A stretch of DNA of 32,000 bases from Bacillus subtilis subsp. subtilis str. 168 (GTDB taxonomy: Bacteria; Bacillota; Bacilli; Bacillales; Bacillaceae): NCBI RefSeq assembly GCF_000009045.1, contig NC_000964.3, forward strand, positions 1,920,001 through 1,952,000, in the 5' to 3' direction. The notes beneath the pieces are model-generated. The model had not been told where the DNA came from and ran no database searches. It was given only the letters and a program-made list of their open reading frames with translations. Made by a program: the position numbers and the translations under genes. Shown in pieces: positions 20,370-29,681 of the stretch (its first letter is position 1; the number at the start of each line of letters is the position of its first letter).

Positions 20370-20624
20370 CATTATTGGAAATAAATTTAATTTTTCGACT
20401 CGAATGAAAAATGACGTGTAAAGTCCCAATTCAGTCCAGTTTTCTTTGTTCTATATGTGTCATGTGTGTCTTATTCATTGGAGGTAGAGCAAATTGACAG
20501 GCTTTTAAACCTCCCCAAAACAAGAAATTAGGTTGATAGACAATCATGAGAAAGATTTTTACAATGAGTTCGTGCTCATAAGAAGTGTAGAGCCAAAATG
20601 ATGCGAAGGAGGAAAAGATCAGAT

Positions 20625-22124
20625 ATGAAACGGTCAATCTCTATTTTTATTACGTGTTTATTGATTACGTTATTGACAATGGGCGGCATGATAGCTTCGC
20701 CGGCATCAGCAGCAGGGACAAAAACGCCAGTAGCCAAGAATGGCCAGCTTAGCATAAAAGGTACACAGCTCGTTAACCGAGACGGTAAAGCGGTACAGCT
20801 GAAGGGGATCAGTTCACACGGATTGCAATGGTATGGAGAATATGTCAATAAAGACAGCTTAAAATGGCTGAGAGATGATTGGGGTATCACCGTTTTCCGT
20901 GCAGCGATGTATACGGCAGATGGCGGTTATATTGACAACCCGTCCGTGAAAAATAAAGTAAAAGAAGCGGTTGAAGCGGCAAAAGAGCTTGGGATATATG
21001 TCATCATTGACTGGCATATCTTAAATGACGGTAATCCAAACCAAAATAAAGAGAAGGCAAAAGAATTCTTCAAGGAAATGTCAAGCCTTTACGGAAACAC
21101 GCCAAACGTCATTTATGAAATTGCAAACGAACCAAACGGTGATGTGAACTGGAAGCGTGATATTAAACCATATGCGGAAGAAGTGATTTCAGTTATCCGC
21201 AAAAATGATCCAGACAACATCATCATTGTCGGAACCGGTACATGGAGCCAGGATGTGAATGATGCTGCCGATGACCAGCTAAAAGATGCAAACGTTATGT
21301 ACGCACTTCATTTTTATGCCGGCACACACGGCCAATTTTTACGGGATAAAGCAAACTATGCACTCAGCAAAGGAGCACCTATTTTTGTGACAGAGTGGGG
21401 AACAAGCGACGCGTCTGGCAATGGCGGTGTATTCCTTGATCAATCGAGGGAATGGCTGAAATATCTCGACAGCAAGACCATTAGCTGGGTGAACTGGAAT
21501 CTTTCTGATAAGCAGGAATCATCCTCAGCTTTAAAGCCGGGGGCATCTAAAACAGGCGGCTGGCGGTTGTCAGATTTATCTGCTTCAGGAACATTCGTTA
21601 GAGAAAACATTCTCGGCACCAAAGATTCGACGAAGGACATTCCTGAAACGCCATCAAAAGATAAACCCACACAGGAAAATGGTATTTCTGTACAGTACAG
21701 AGCAGGGGATGGGAGTATGAACAGCAACCAAATCCGTCCGCAGCTTCAAATAAAAAATAACGGCAATACCACGGTTGATTTAAAAGATGTCACTGCCCGT
21801 TACTGGTATAAAGCGAAAAACAAAGGCCAAAACTTTGACTGTGACTACGCGCAGATTGGATGCGGCAATGTGACACACAAGTTTGTGACGTTGCATAAAC
21901 CAAAGCAAGGTGCAGATACCTATCTGGAACTTGGATTTAAAAACGGAACGTTGGCACCGGGAGCAAGCACAGGGAATATTCAGCTCCGTCTTCACAATGA
22001 TGACTGGAGCAATTATGCACAAAGCGGCGATTATTCCTTTTTCAAATCAAATACGTTTAAAACAACGAAAAAAATCACATTATATGATCAAGGAAAACTG
22101 ATTTGGGGAACAGAACCAAATTAG
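20625..22124 (+). CDS. bglC: Endo-1,4-beta-glucanase (GH5 catalytic domain + CBM3), secreted
   Basis: Signal peptide [30 protein letters not shown]; GH5 motif [11 protein letters not shown]; C-terminal CBM3 ([23 protein letters not shown]). Also called eglS. ATG 20625 is preferred over ORF-track 20598. Confidence 0.96.
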
Positions 22125-22140
22125 TTAAGCTTTTTTTTGG

Positions 22141-22167
22141 CGGACATCAGTAACGATGTCCGTTTTT
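22141..22167 (+). terminator. Terminator after bglC
   Basis: CGGACATC-agtaac-GATGTCCG-ttttt. Confidence 0.88.
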
Positions 22168-22191
22168 ATCATCTAATAGGAGGTTTGCGTT

Positions 22192-22455
22192 GTGGATGAA
22201 ATACTGAAACAGTATATGGTGCTGTATAAAAAAATGAGTAATATGATAAATGGTCCCGACTATCCAGGTAAGGAAAAAGACATCCAGCATCAAAAAGATC
22301 AGATCGAAGTTTACGAAAAACAGCTGCAGCAAGGATTTTCTACAGATTATGACTATGATGTGTTTGCTGATTCTGTTATCAAATGCGCATATGGCGATAT
22401 GACGCTGGAAGATTTAGAAGCCGTTTATTATGGATTGACAACACCATTTTTTTGA
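22192..22455 (+). CDS. ynfE: Hypothetical protein YnfE
   Basis: 87-aa ORF, GTG start with aggagg RBS; position between bglC and xynC. Confidence 0.82.
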
Positions 22456-22479
22456 TTTGTCATTCAGCAGTAAAATTTC

Positions 22480-22581
<102 letters not shown>

Positions 22582-22643
22582 AGAATAAAGCTTTGCTGTT
22601 TTTATGTACATCCTTTCTTCTTCCTGTAATTCAGCAACAAAAT

Positions 22644-22673
22644 AAAAAAGCGATTTCCCAATCGGAAAATCGC
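22644..22673 (-). terminator. Terminator downstream of xynC
   Basis: On minus strand GCGATTTTCC-gatt-GGGAAATCGC-TTTTTT (one G-U pair). Confidence 0.8.
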
Positions 22674-22713
22674 CAATTCAGACACTCTATTATTTATGTG
22701 TGTCTTTGTGCTC

Positions 22714-23982
22714 TTAACGATTTACAACAAATGTTGTCACGCTTTGAGCTGGAAGATGAGCCCAAAAATGATTGCCTGATACAGTGAGATTCGTTCCAGG
22801 TTGTAGATTGCTGCTGCTGCTCGTGATCCATCTAGATACGTTTGAAGCAGATCCATTCTGCAAAACAAAGTTTTGGTTGACTCCTGTGTTGCTTTTATTG
22901 ATGGCAACAATAACGACCTTGTTGTCACCTTTATAGGCTGACACGTAAACGTTCGCATTAGGGTTTTTCGTTGCATCAATCCTTACATAGCCGGGACGCA
23001 CAAACTTTGAGAAATGAGCCATATTGTAGCCGCGTTTGCTGATCGTACCATCTTCTTTCATAGGTCCATATGATCTTCGGATGTACCACCATACATAAGC
23101 TTGAAAGTCCCCCTCTACCATCGCATTGTGAATATGCTGTGAAACATCCAATGCCTCAGGCCATCGATCCGCCGAGTTGGTATCACTGTTTGGATAGTAT
23201 ACTTCCGTCATCCAAAGGTCCTTCCCCGCTCCTTTTTGTTTGAAAAGAGGATAAGGGAATTGGCTGACCTGGGTGCCGTACAGGTGAGTTCCGAGAATAT
23301 CCATATTGGCAAGAGCCTGCGGATCGTTCAAGATCGGGTCCGACAAATTCTTCAAGTATTGAAATGACTCAGGCGCAATGACGCGGGCATTGATCGAGCC
23401 GGCGTTTTCTCTCATAAAGCGAAGTATTTCTTGCGGCGTCCACCACGTCCACTCGTGAGCGTAATCAGGCTCGTTTTGGACCGAAATCGCGTAAAGATTC
23501 ACACCATTATTCTTCATGAAGGTAACAAAATCGTTAAGATGCTGCGCGTATGCTGCGTACTTGTTGTATTTCAGCCGTTTAGCCGATGTGTCACCATTCC
23601 GATTAAAGGTCTCAACCATATCACTTGGAGGATTCCAAGGAGAAGCAAAAACGATTGCTCCGTGTTTGACCGCACTCTTTGCAGTCTCCACCTCTTTATA
23701 CCAATTATTTCGATTTTCATCTACATGAATTCTTAAGATTGAAAATCCTAACTGGTTCTGTCCATTGCCAAAAGCAGTTTCTCTTTGAGCTGCTGTAAGA
23801 TCCCCAGCCCAAGCCGGATGATTCATCCCTCCAAAACCGCGAATCACTTGTTTCTCTGCAGATACATTAACTGTTACATCACTTGCTGCCAAAACTTCAG
23901 TAGCGCCTGGCCCTAACATGACTGACAGCATAGTGAAACATACTAATAGTACACAAATTGTTTTTTTTATGCGTGGAATCAT
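22714..23982 (-). CDS. xynC: Glucuronoxylanase XynC (GH30), secreted
   Basis: 422 aa with signal peptide ending ATEVLAA; VIRGFGGMNHPAWAGDLTAAQRETAF, ISVQNEPDYAHEWTWW, WMTEVYYPNS; RBS gaaggagagg. Confidence 0.96.
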   Translation of the reverse strand: MIPRIKKTICVLLVCFTMLSVMLGPGATEVLAASDVTVNVSAEKQVIRGFGGMNHPAWAGDLTAAQRETAFGNGQNQLGFSILRIHVDENRNNWYKEVETAKSAVKHGAIVFASPWNPPSDMVETFNRNGDTSAKRLKYNKYAAYAQHLNDFVTFMKNNGVNLYAISVQNEPDYAHEWTWWTPQEILRFMRENAGSINARVIAPESFQYLKNLSDPILNDPQALANMDILGTHLYGTQVSQFPYPLFKQKGAGKDLWMTEVYYPNSDTNSADRWPEALDVSQHIHNAMVEGDFQAYVWWYIRRSYGPMKEDGTISKRGYNMAHFSKFVRPGYVRIDATKNPNANVYVSAYKGDNKVVIVAINKSNTGVNQNFVLQNGSASNVSRWITSSSSNLQPGTNLTVSGNHFWAHLPAQSVTTFVVNR

Positions 23983-24112
23983 TTATTCCTCTCCTTCGTC
24001 ATGTGTCTTTTACGGTATTAAAAAATCTGCATGGCATATCCATAATGGCGGGCTGTTCCGGTGCTGGCCCGTACTTCACCCGCCTCGTTTTTAAGCGGTC
24101 CCATTACGAGTA

Positions 24113-25654
24113 CTATCTTTGCGTAAACTGCCAGTAATCAAAATTAAACAAGTTTCCTGTACCTGTTCCGGTAAATACAAAGAATACTTTGTGCACACCG
24201 GTTGCCCCGCTTACCGCAGTTTCTATTTCCCTCCACGTTTGCGCTCCGCCTGTTGAAGGCACATTCAGAGTTCCAACAAGCTTACCGTCTGCACTGTCGA
24301 GGCGCACTTCTATTTTCCCGCCTAAAGTGGATGCTACATTTGCTTTAAATGACCTGGCACCGCCCGCTCCGAAGTCTGCATTTCCTACAGCAATCCAGTC
24401 TCCATTTTGAATGCTTGTTACATGCTGATTATTTACTGGCCCGCCGGGTGCTGTGGACTTCTCTGTCAAAATGCGTCCATTCCAAGCAAACGTTTCAGCT
24501 TCTACCCGGTTATATGGGTTTAAATTGGAAATTTGTGTTACACCTGCATAATTTGCCGCTACCTCTTGAATAGATCCATCTGCATTATGCACCAGCTTAT
24601 TAATATGGGGAGAGCGGTATCCTTTGCCGGCCCCGAACAGAGCGGAACTGACAGTTTGCGCATGGTACACCACATACCACTCGTTTTTAAAATTGAAAAC
24701 AGCATGATGGTTGTTTCCGCCACCTCCGAAAAATGCACCCGGATTTTTCAGGAAGTGCCCTCTATATGTAAAGGGACCCATGGGACTTGAACTGGTCATG
24801 TAGCCGATCTCACCCGGGGGTTTATCGGCCGGGTGCGTGCCGCCGAAATTGATGCAATAGGAGTAATAATATGTTCCGTTATACTTGTGCAATCCCGAAT
24901 CTTCAAACATGAAAGGCGCATCAATTGTAGATGCACTTCCAACAACACTCGTCATATCAGGCCCCAATTTTATGACTCTAGCCGTTTTAGGATTGGCCCA
25001 TTGTCCCTGCGTTGGATTTGAAACGCCAGGAACGCCTCCGCCGGCATACAGGTAACCGGTTCCGTCGTCATCTACAAATACTGCCGGATCAAAAAGCCAT
25101 ACAACACCAGACATTCCTGGCGTACTTGGCGTTACGAGCGGTTTTCCGATTGGGTCGGTCCATGGACCAATCGGGCTGTCTGCGGTGAGAACCCCGATAC
25201 CTCCGCCGCTGTTTGCGAAATAAAGGAAGAATTTATCCTTGCCATTAATTTTTTTAACTGCGATTGACGGTGCCCATGACGCACCTGCCCATTTTGCAAT
25301 TCCACGGCCTCCATTAGCTCCATTGGCACCTGCTACCGGAATGGCTCCGTGGTCTGTCCAGTTCACCATATCCGCTGAAGATATGACGAATACTCTATTC
25401 AAATTGGCAAATGAATTATCTTTAATTGTTCCGTTGCTATTATATTCATAGTCATCACTTGACATATAGATGTAGACTCTTCCGTTATAGGTCAGCGCAA
25501 CCGGATCCGCTCCCAAATGATGGTCGATAAGCGGATTTGAATTCCCTATATGTTTTGCAATTGTAGTACTAGTGGCAGCATACGCAGACTTCCCAGATAA
25601 GCAGCTCAATAATAAAACTAGAATCCATAAACATACGCTACACTTTTTCCTCAT
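24113..25654 (-). CDS. xynD: Arabinoxylan arabinofuranohydrolase XynD (GH43 + CBM6), secreted
   Basis: Signal peptide MRKKCSVCLWILVLLLSCLSGKSAYAA; GH43 DPVALTYNGRVYIYMSSDD; C-terminal CBM6. Start at ATG 25654 with aaggagg upstream; ORF-track GTG is 25657. Confidence 0.95.
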   Translation of the reverse strand: MRKKCSVCLWILVLLLSCLSGKSAYAATSTTIAKHIGNSNPLIDHHLGADPVALTYNGRVYIYMSSDDYEYNSNGTIKDNSFANLNRVFVISSADMVNWTDHGAIPVAGANGANGGRGIAKWAGASWAPSIAVKKINGKDKFFLYFANSGGGIGVLTADSPIGPWTDPIGKPLVTPSTPGMSGVVWLFDPAVFVDDDGTGYLYAGGGVPGVSNPTQGQWANPKTARVIKLGPDMTSVVGSASTIDAPFMFEDSGLHKYNGTYYYSYCINFGGTHPADKPPGEIGYMTSSSPMGPFTYRGHFLKNPGAFFGGGGNNHHAVFNFKNEWYVVYHAQTVSSALFGAGKGYRSPHINKLVHNADGSIQEVAANYAGVTQISNLNPYNRVEAETFAWNGRILTEKSTAPGGPVNNQHVTSIQNGDWIAVGNADFGAGGARSFKANVASTLGGKIEVRLDSADGKLVGTLNVPSTGGAQTWREIETAVSGATGVHKVFFVFTGTGTGNLFNFDYWQFTQR

Positions 25655-25803
25655 CACTTCACATCCTCCTTTTTCCTTAAAATGGGGGATTTTCTTTTGG
25701 AATTTGATAACAACAGGTCACGAAGATTGCACGCATAAAGTAGCCGGAAGCTGTTTAGCAATGTTCCCAGTTGTTCTGAAAGCTCATCTTCATGTGTCTC
25801 CAT
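25654..25803 (-). CDS. Possible small ORF upstream of and overlapping xynD start
   Basis: METHEDELSEQLGTLLNSFRLLYACNLRDLLLSNSKRKSPILRKKEDVK, stop overlaps the xynD ATG as TGATG. Weak start signals; the frame is open up to 25920. Confidence 0.3.
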   Translation of the reverse strand: METHEDELSEQLGTLLNSFRLLYACNLRDLLLSNSKRKSPILRKKEDVK

Positions 25804-26109
25804 TCTCTCTTTTCTTCGAGGAGATCGCACCACTCCTTCAAAATTGTTCAAAAAAACTTCCCCATTCCTAGCGACCATTGTCCAGAAAATAAAAAGACAG
25901 GATTGTTCATGGCCTCCCACTAATCACATTGAACGGAGATTACATCATTATCCAAGATATCCCTTTATCTAACATCCTACATCATTAAAAAAATTGTGTA
26001 TAGAAACTTTTGGAGGAGTTAGTGTTCGATTCTACAAAGGAACTGGATACATTTATTCATTGATAAGATGGGGCTAACACTCCGTTTATATTTGTATGTT
26101 TTCAGACAC

Positions 26110-26141
26110 AAAAAACAGCCGTTCAATGCGGCTGTTTTTTT
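26110..26141. terminator. Terminator-like hairpin between divergent xynD and yngA
   Basis: AAAAAACAGCCG-ttcaatg-CGGCTGTTTTTT, 12-bp perfect stem. Confidence 0.8.
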
Positions 26142-26290
26142 CAAGAGTATAAGACTATTGAGCGGTATACCCGCTTTTTCATGTTTTGTTCATATTTTAT
26201 TAATTGTTTATTCAACACTGTCCGCTATAGTAATCCATATCAACAAATATGACTGCCACTCGCATCTTTTATGAAGGGAGGTTCGTTACG

Positions 26291-26695
26291 CTGAAAGAAA
26301 AAATAAAGACATTAGGCCGTTTTTGCACCGTAGGCGTCGGCAATACGCTGATAGATTTTGGTGTCTTCTTTCTTCTTACCGCTTGTCATGTCTCTTATCT
26401 GCCGGCGCAGATCTGCTCCTATACTGCAGGTATCGTCAACAGCTATGTGTGGAACCGGAATTGGACGTTTTGTGTGAAACGTAAGGCTGACGGGAAAGAG
26501 ATCGTGCGTTTTCTCATGATTAATATTGCCGCGTCAGGGATCACCTTTTTGCTGCTTTATTTGTTTCAAAATTGCGGCTGCTCGCTTTTGGTGAGTAAGC
26601 TCGCCGCCACTATCGGCGGAATGATGATGAATTTTATCGGAAACCGAATCTGGGTATTTGGAGATTCGCTGAAAAACATACAGGATCAGGAGTGA
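26291..26695 (+). CDS. yngA: GtrA-family membrane protein YngA
   Basis: LGRFCTVGVGNTLIDFGVFFLL... VWNRNWTF ... FIGNRIWVF GtrA signature. The ORF track gives ATG 26249; the best RBS points to CTG 26291. Confidence 0.8.
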   Translation: MKEKIKTLGRFCTVGVGNTLIDFGVFFLLTACHVSYLPAQICSYTAGIVNSYVWNRNWTFCVKRKADGKEIVRFLMINIAASGITFLLLYLFQNCGCSLLVSKLAATIGGMMMNFIGNRIWVFGDSLKNIQDQE

Positions 26696-26701
26696 AGATG
26701 A

Positions 26702-27595
26702 ATGAGAAAAAAAGTGAGAAAAGCGGTTATACCCGCAGCGGGTTTAGGAACGAGATTTCTGCCGGCGACAAAGGCGCAGCCTAAAGAAATGCTTCCAATC
26801 GTCGACAAACCAGCAATCCAATATATTGTAGAAGAGGCCGCAGAGTCAGGAATTGAAGATATACTGATTATTACAGGGAGAAACAAACGCTCGATTGAAG
26901 ATCATTTTGATCGGTCGGCGGAATTGGAATTCAATCTCCGGGAAAAAGGCAAGACGGAGACACTTAAGGAAATGCAGCAGATTGCCGATTTGGCCAACAT
27001 TCATTACATCCGCCAGAAAGAACCGCTCGGATTAGGCCATGCGGTGCTGTGTGCGGAGCATTTTATCGGAGATGAGCCTTTTGCTGTTCTCTTAGGTGAT
27101 GATATTATGGTGTCTGAAACACCGGCTCTTCGGCAATTAATGGATGTATATGACGTTTATGGCACAGAGGTTGTCGGTGTACAGTCAGTTCTCCCTGAGG
27201 ATGTCAGCAAATATGGTATTATAAATACATCAGGGTCTCAAGGGCATGTATATGAAGTGAACGATTTAGTGGAAAAGCCTTCTCCTGAAGAAGCACCTTC
27301 GGAAATCGCAGTAATGGGACGTTATGTGCTGAATTCTTCGATCTTCTCCGTTTTGAAGACAATTGGCAGAGGCGCGGGCAACGAAATTCAGCTGACAGAT
27401 GCGCTTCGTGAGGTTTGCCGTAAGGAGCCGATCCATGCCCGGCTGCTGGAAGGAAATCGATATGACATTGGCGATAAGCTGGGCTGTTTTAAAGCGAGCA
27501 CCGAAATCGGCTTAATGCGTCCCGAAATGAGATCTCAGCTTTTGGCCTATTTAGAAGATGTGATCAAACGGGAAACGAAAGAAATGCTGCGGTAA
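26702..27595 (+). CDS. yngB: UTP-glucose-1-phosphate uridylyltransferase YngB
   Basis: VIPAAGLGTRFLPATKAQPKEMLPIVDKPAIQY, 297 aa. Confidence 0.95.
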   Translation: MRKKVRKAVIPAAGLGTRFLPATKAQPKEMLPIVDKPAIQYIVEEAAESGIEDILIITGRNKRSIEDHFDRSAELEFNLREKGKTETLKEMQQIADLANIHYIRQKEPLGLGHAVLCAEHFIGDEPFAVLLGDDIMVSETPALRQLMDVYDVYGTEVVGVQSVLPEDVSKYGIINTSGSQGHVYEVNDLVEKPSPEEAPSEIAVMGRYVLNSSIFSVLKTIGRGAGNEIQLTDALREVCRKEPIHARLLEGNRYDIGDKLGCFKASTEIGLMRPEMRSQLLAYLEDVIKRETKEMLR

Positions 27596-27658
27596 AAAAA
27601 TTGTAACCATCTTGCTCGTCAATCAGTCATATAATAGTGAAAAAGATTAGGACAGGTT

Positions 27659-28264
27659 GTGAAGAATGTGGGCAGTTTGATAAGCGAAATTTTAACATGG
27701 CTGACGAACATGGGATATGCGGGTATTGCGATTGGGTTAATGATTGAAATCATTCCGAGTGAGATTGTATTAGCTTATGGCGGCTATATGGTATCGGAGG
27801 GCACGATTGGATTTATTGGCGCAATTATTGCGGGTGTTATCGGGGGCACCATTGCCCAGATCTTTATTTACTGGATCGGTCGCTATGGCGGCAGGCCATT
27901 TCTGGACAAATACGGGAAGTATTTATTGATTAAAAAGCATCATATCGATATGTCGGAAAACTGGTTTCAGAAATACGGCGCCGGAGTTGTCTTCTCGGCT
28001 CGTTTTATACCGGTTGTCAGACATGCCATATCCATTCCGGCAGGTATTGCCAGAATGCCTTTTCTCAAATTTGTGGTACTGACTGTGCTTGCTATCATTC
28101 CATGGTCTATCCTGTTTGTTTATTTAGGCATACAGCTAGGAAGCCAGTGGGATGATGTTGAGAATATAGCAGGCACTTATACAACACCGATTATGATATT
28201 GGCTGTTGTCGTGATAGCCCTTTATTTTGTGATTAAGAAACGTACAGCCATATTTAAACGATAG
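27659..28264 (+). CDS. yngC: DedA-family membrane protein YngC
   Basis: GYMVSEGTIGFIGAI, FSARFIPVVRHAISIPAGIARM DedA motif. Confidence 0.93.
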   Translation: MKNVGSLISEILTWLTNMGYAGIAIGLMIEIIPSEIVLAYGGYMVSEGTIGFIGAIIAGVIGGTIAQIFIYWIGRYGGRPFLDKYGKYLLIKKHHIDMSENWFQKYGAGVVFSARFIPVVRHAISIPAGIARMPFLKFVVLTVLAIIPWSILFVYLGIQLGSQWDDVENIAGTYTTPIMILAVVVIALYFVIKKRTAIFKR

Positions 28265-28271
28265 CTAGCGG

Positions 28272-28308
28272 ATATGCATAGGGGTGACTGACGCTCCCCT
28301 ATGCATAT
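28272..28308. terminator. Bidirectional terminator between yngC and nrnB
   Basis: ATATGCATAGGGG-tgactgacgct-CCCCTATGCATAT. Confidence 0.9.
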
Positions 28309-28312
28309 TTTT

Positions 28313-29512
28313 TTACTTGCGATGTTGATTTGCCAGCTTCAGATTCTCCGCTAAAAATGCGACAAACACTTCATCCCGCACGAGCGATGCGGCATAATTT
28401 CTCTTAATAAACCATTCTGCCTCTTCAAACGCTGCGAATGTTTCGTCTTGGGTTTCTCCGTTAATTTGAATATTCCATTCGTTGTCTAAAGGGAAAAGAA
28501 AAAATCTCATTTGTGCGCGATTTTCATATAATGATCCATTCGCAGATCCCTTTAGATTATAGATGTTACGGAAGGCATCCGGCCGTACAGGATCAATACG
28601 GAAAGCTTCAGCTACAAACAACTCGTATACTTCATCGGTTATTGAACAGCCGGACGCTTTTGCATGCCCTCCGCCGCCATATCGGCCGGCGATTTCTGAC
28701 ACATCGATGTAATCATGAATGGTGCGGAGACTGACTCGTTTTGACCCCATGCTCAAAATCGCAATGTAATCGAGGTGCGGGTTATCTTTCCCTAGCCTGT
28801 TCCCCAGCTCTGAATGGTACGATTCAGCGTGAACGATGCCTACACAGTGTTCGTGAACAAAGGTTTGTACCATTTCCCTTTTCTTTCTGCGGAGGTAGCG
28901 CTCGATTTTTTCGTCTTCTAAATCAAGCAGTTTTTCTTCAAAATCATCGAAGAAAAATTCGTCATGCGTGGAAAGGCGCTGGATCATTTTTGCTTCAAAT
29001 TCATCGATTGACAGCAAAAAGAAAAGATCATTAAGCCGCTTCGCCTGTTTTTGATCGTACCGCTCCCACTCCCATGTATCGTATTGGCGGACGAGCTCTG
29101 TGAATTGATCTAAGGCGTTTGTCGGTTTCATGAAGCCATTTTCAATGAGATAGCCATATAAAAGCGATGTCGCGGATGTGAGCCTTCCATCATCGTATTC
29201 CACCTGGACAAATCCCCATTCATGCTCATTCAAATGAAGGGCTGTTTTATGATGGTCAATGAGCTTCACTTTGCCCCCTGCATGAACATACTCATTCAAT
29301 CTCTCTTCGTTTTCTTCATTGACGGCGAGATCGGTGATGAATAACGCGTCCTGTCTGTTGCTCTCCTTCGCTTTTTCTAAAAAGTACTGCACCTGTGCGT
29401 TTAAGCCGTTGACAGAGTTATACCGGATCTCTACGTCTTTTCCGAACGCCAATTTTGCTACGATTCCGCATCCTACTCCGTCCAAGTCGTTATGTGAATA
29501 TAAATGATACAT
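28313..29512 (-). CDS. nrnB: DHH-family phosphoesterase, nanoRNase B (YngD)
   Basis: HNDLDGVGCGIVAKLAFG, LFITDLAVNEE, LIDHHKTAL, GGGGHAKASGC (DHHA1). Confidence 0.92.
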   Translation of the reverse strand: MYHLYSHNDLDGVGCGIVAKLAFGKDVEIRYNSVNGLNAQVQYFLEKAKESNRQDALFITDLAVNEENEERLNEYVHAGGKVKLIDHHKTALHLNEHEWGFVQVEYDDGRLTSATSLLYGYLIENGFMKPTNALDQFTELVRQYDTWEWERYDQKQAKRLNDLFFLLSIDEFEAKMIQRLSTHDEFFFDDFEEKLLDLEDEKIERYLRRKKREMVQTFVHEHCVGIVHAESYHSELGNRLGKDNPHLDYIAILSMGSKRVSLRTIHDYIDVSEIAGRYGGGGHAKASGCSITDEVYELFVAEAFRIDPVRPDAFRNIYNLKGSANGSLYENRAQMRFFLFPLDNEWNIQINGETQDETFAAFEEAEWFIKRNYAASLVRDEVFVAFLAENLKLANQHRK

Positions 29513-29646
29513 AATGTAGGCCCCTTTTTATGATAAACTGACAATTGCCGCTAGAGGTGCGGCAGCCTTTATTTACTATTCTAAAAAACCAAGCGTTTTA
29601 TGCAATGGTAATTAGTTGACATAATGTTGTTATTGTAAATATATAA

Positions 29647-29669
29647 AGGAGCGCTTTTTTTGCGCTCCT
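29647..29669 (-). terminator. Terminator downstream of yngE
   Basis: AGGAGCGC-ttttttt-GCGCTCCT; on the minus strand the run of T after the stem is interrupted, so confidence is moderate. Confidence 0.55.
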
Positions 29670-29681
29670 AAGTTCTTGCTT

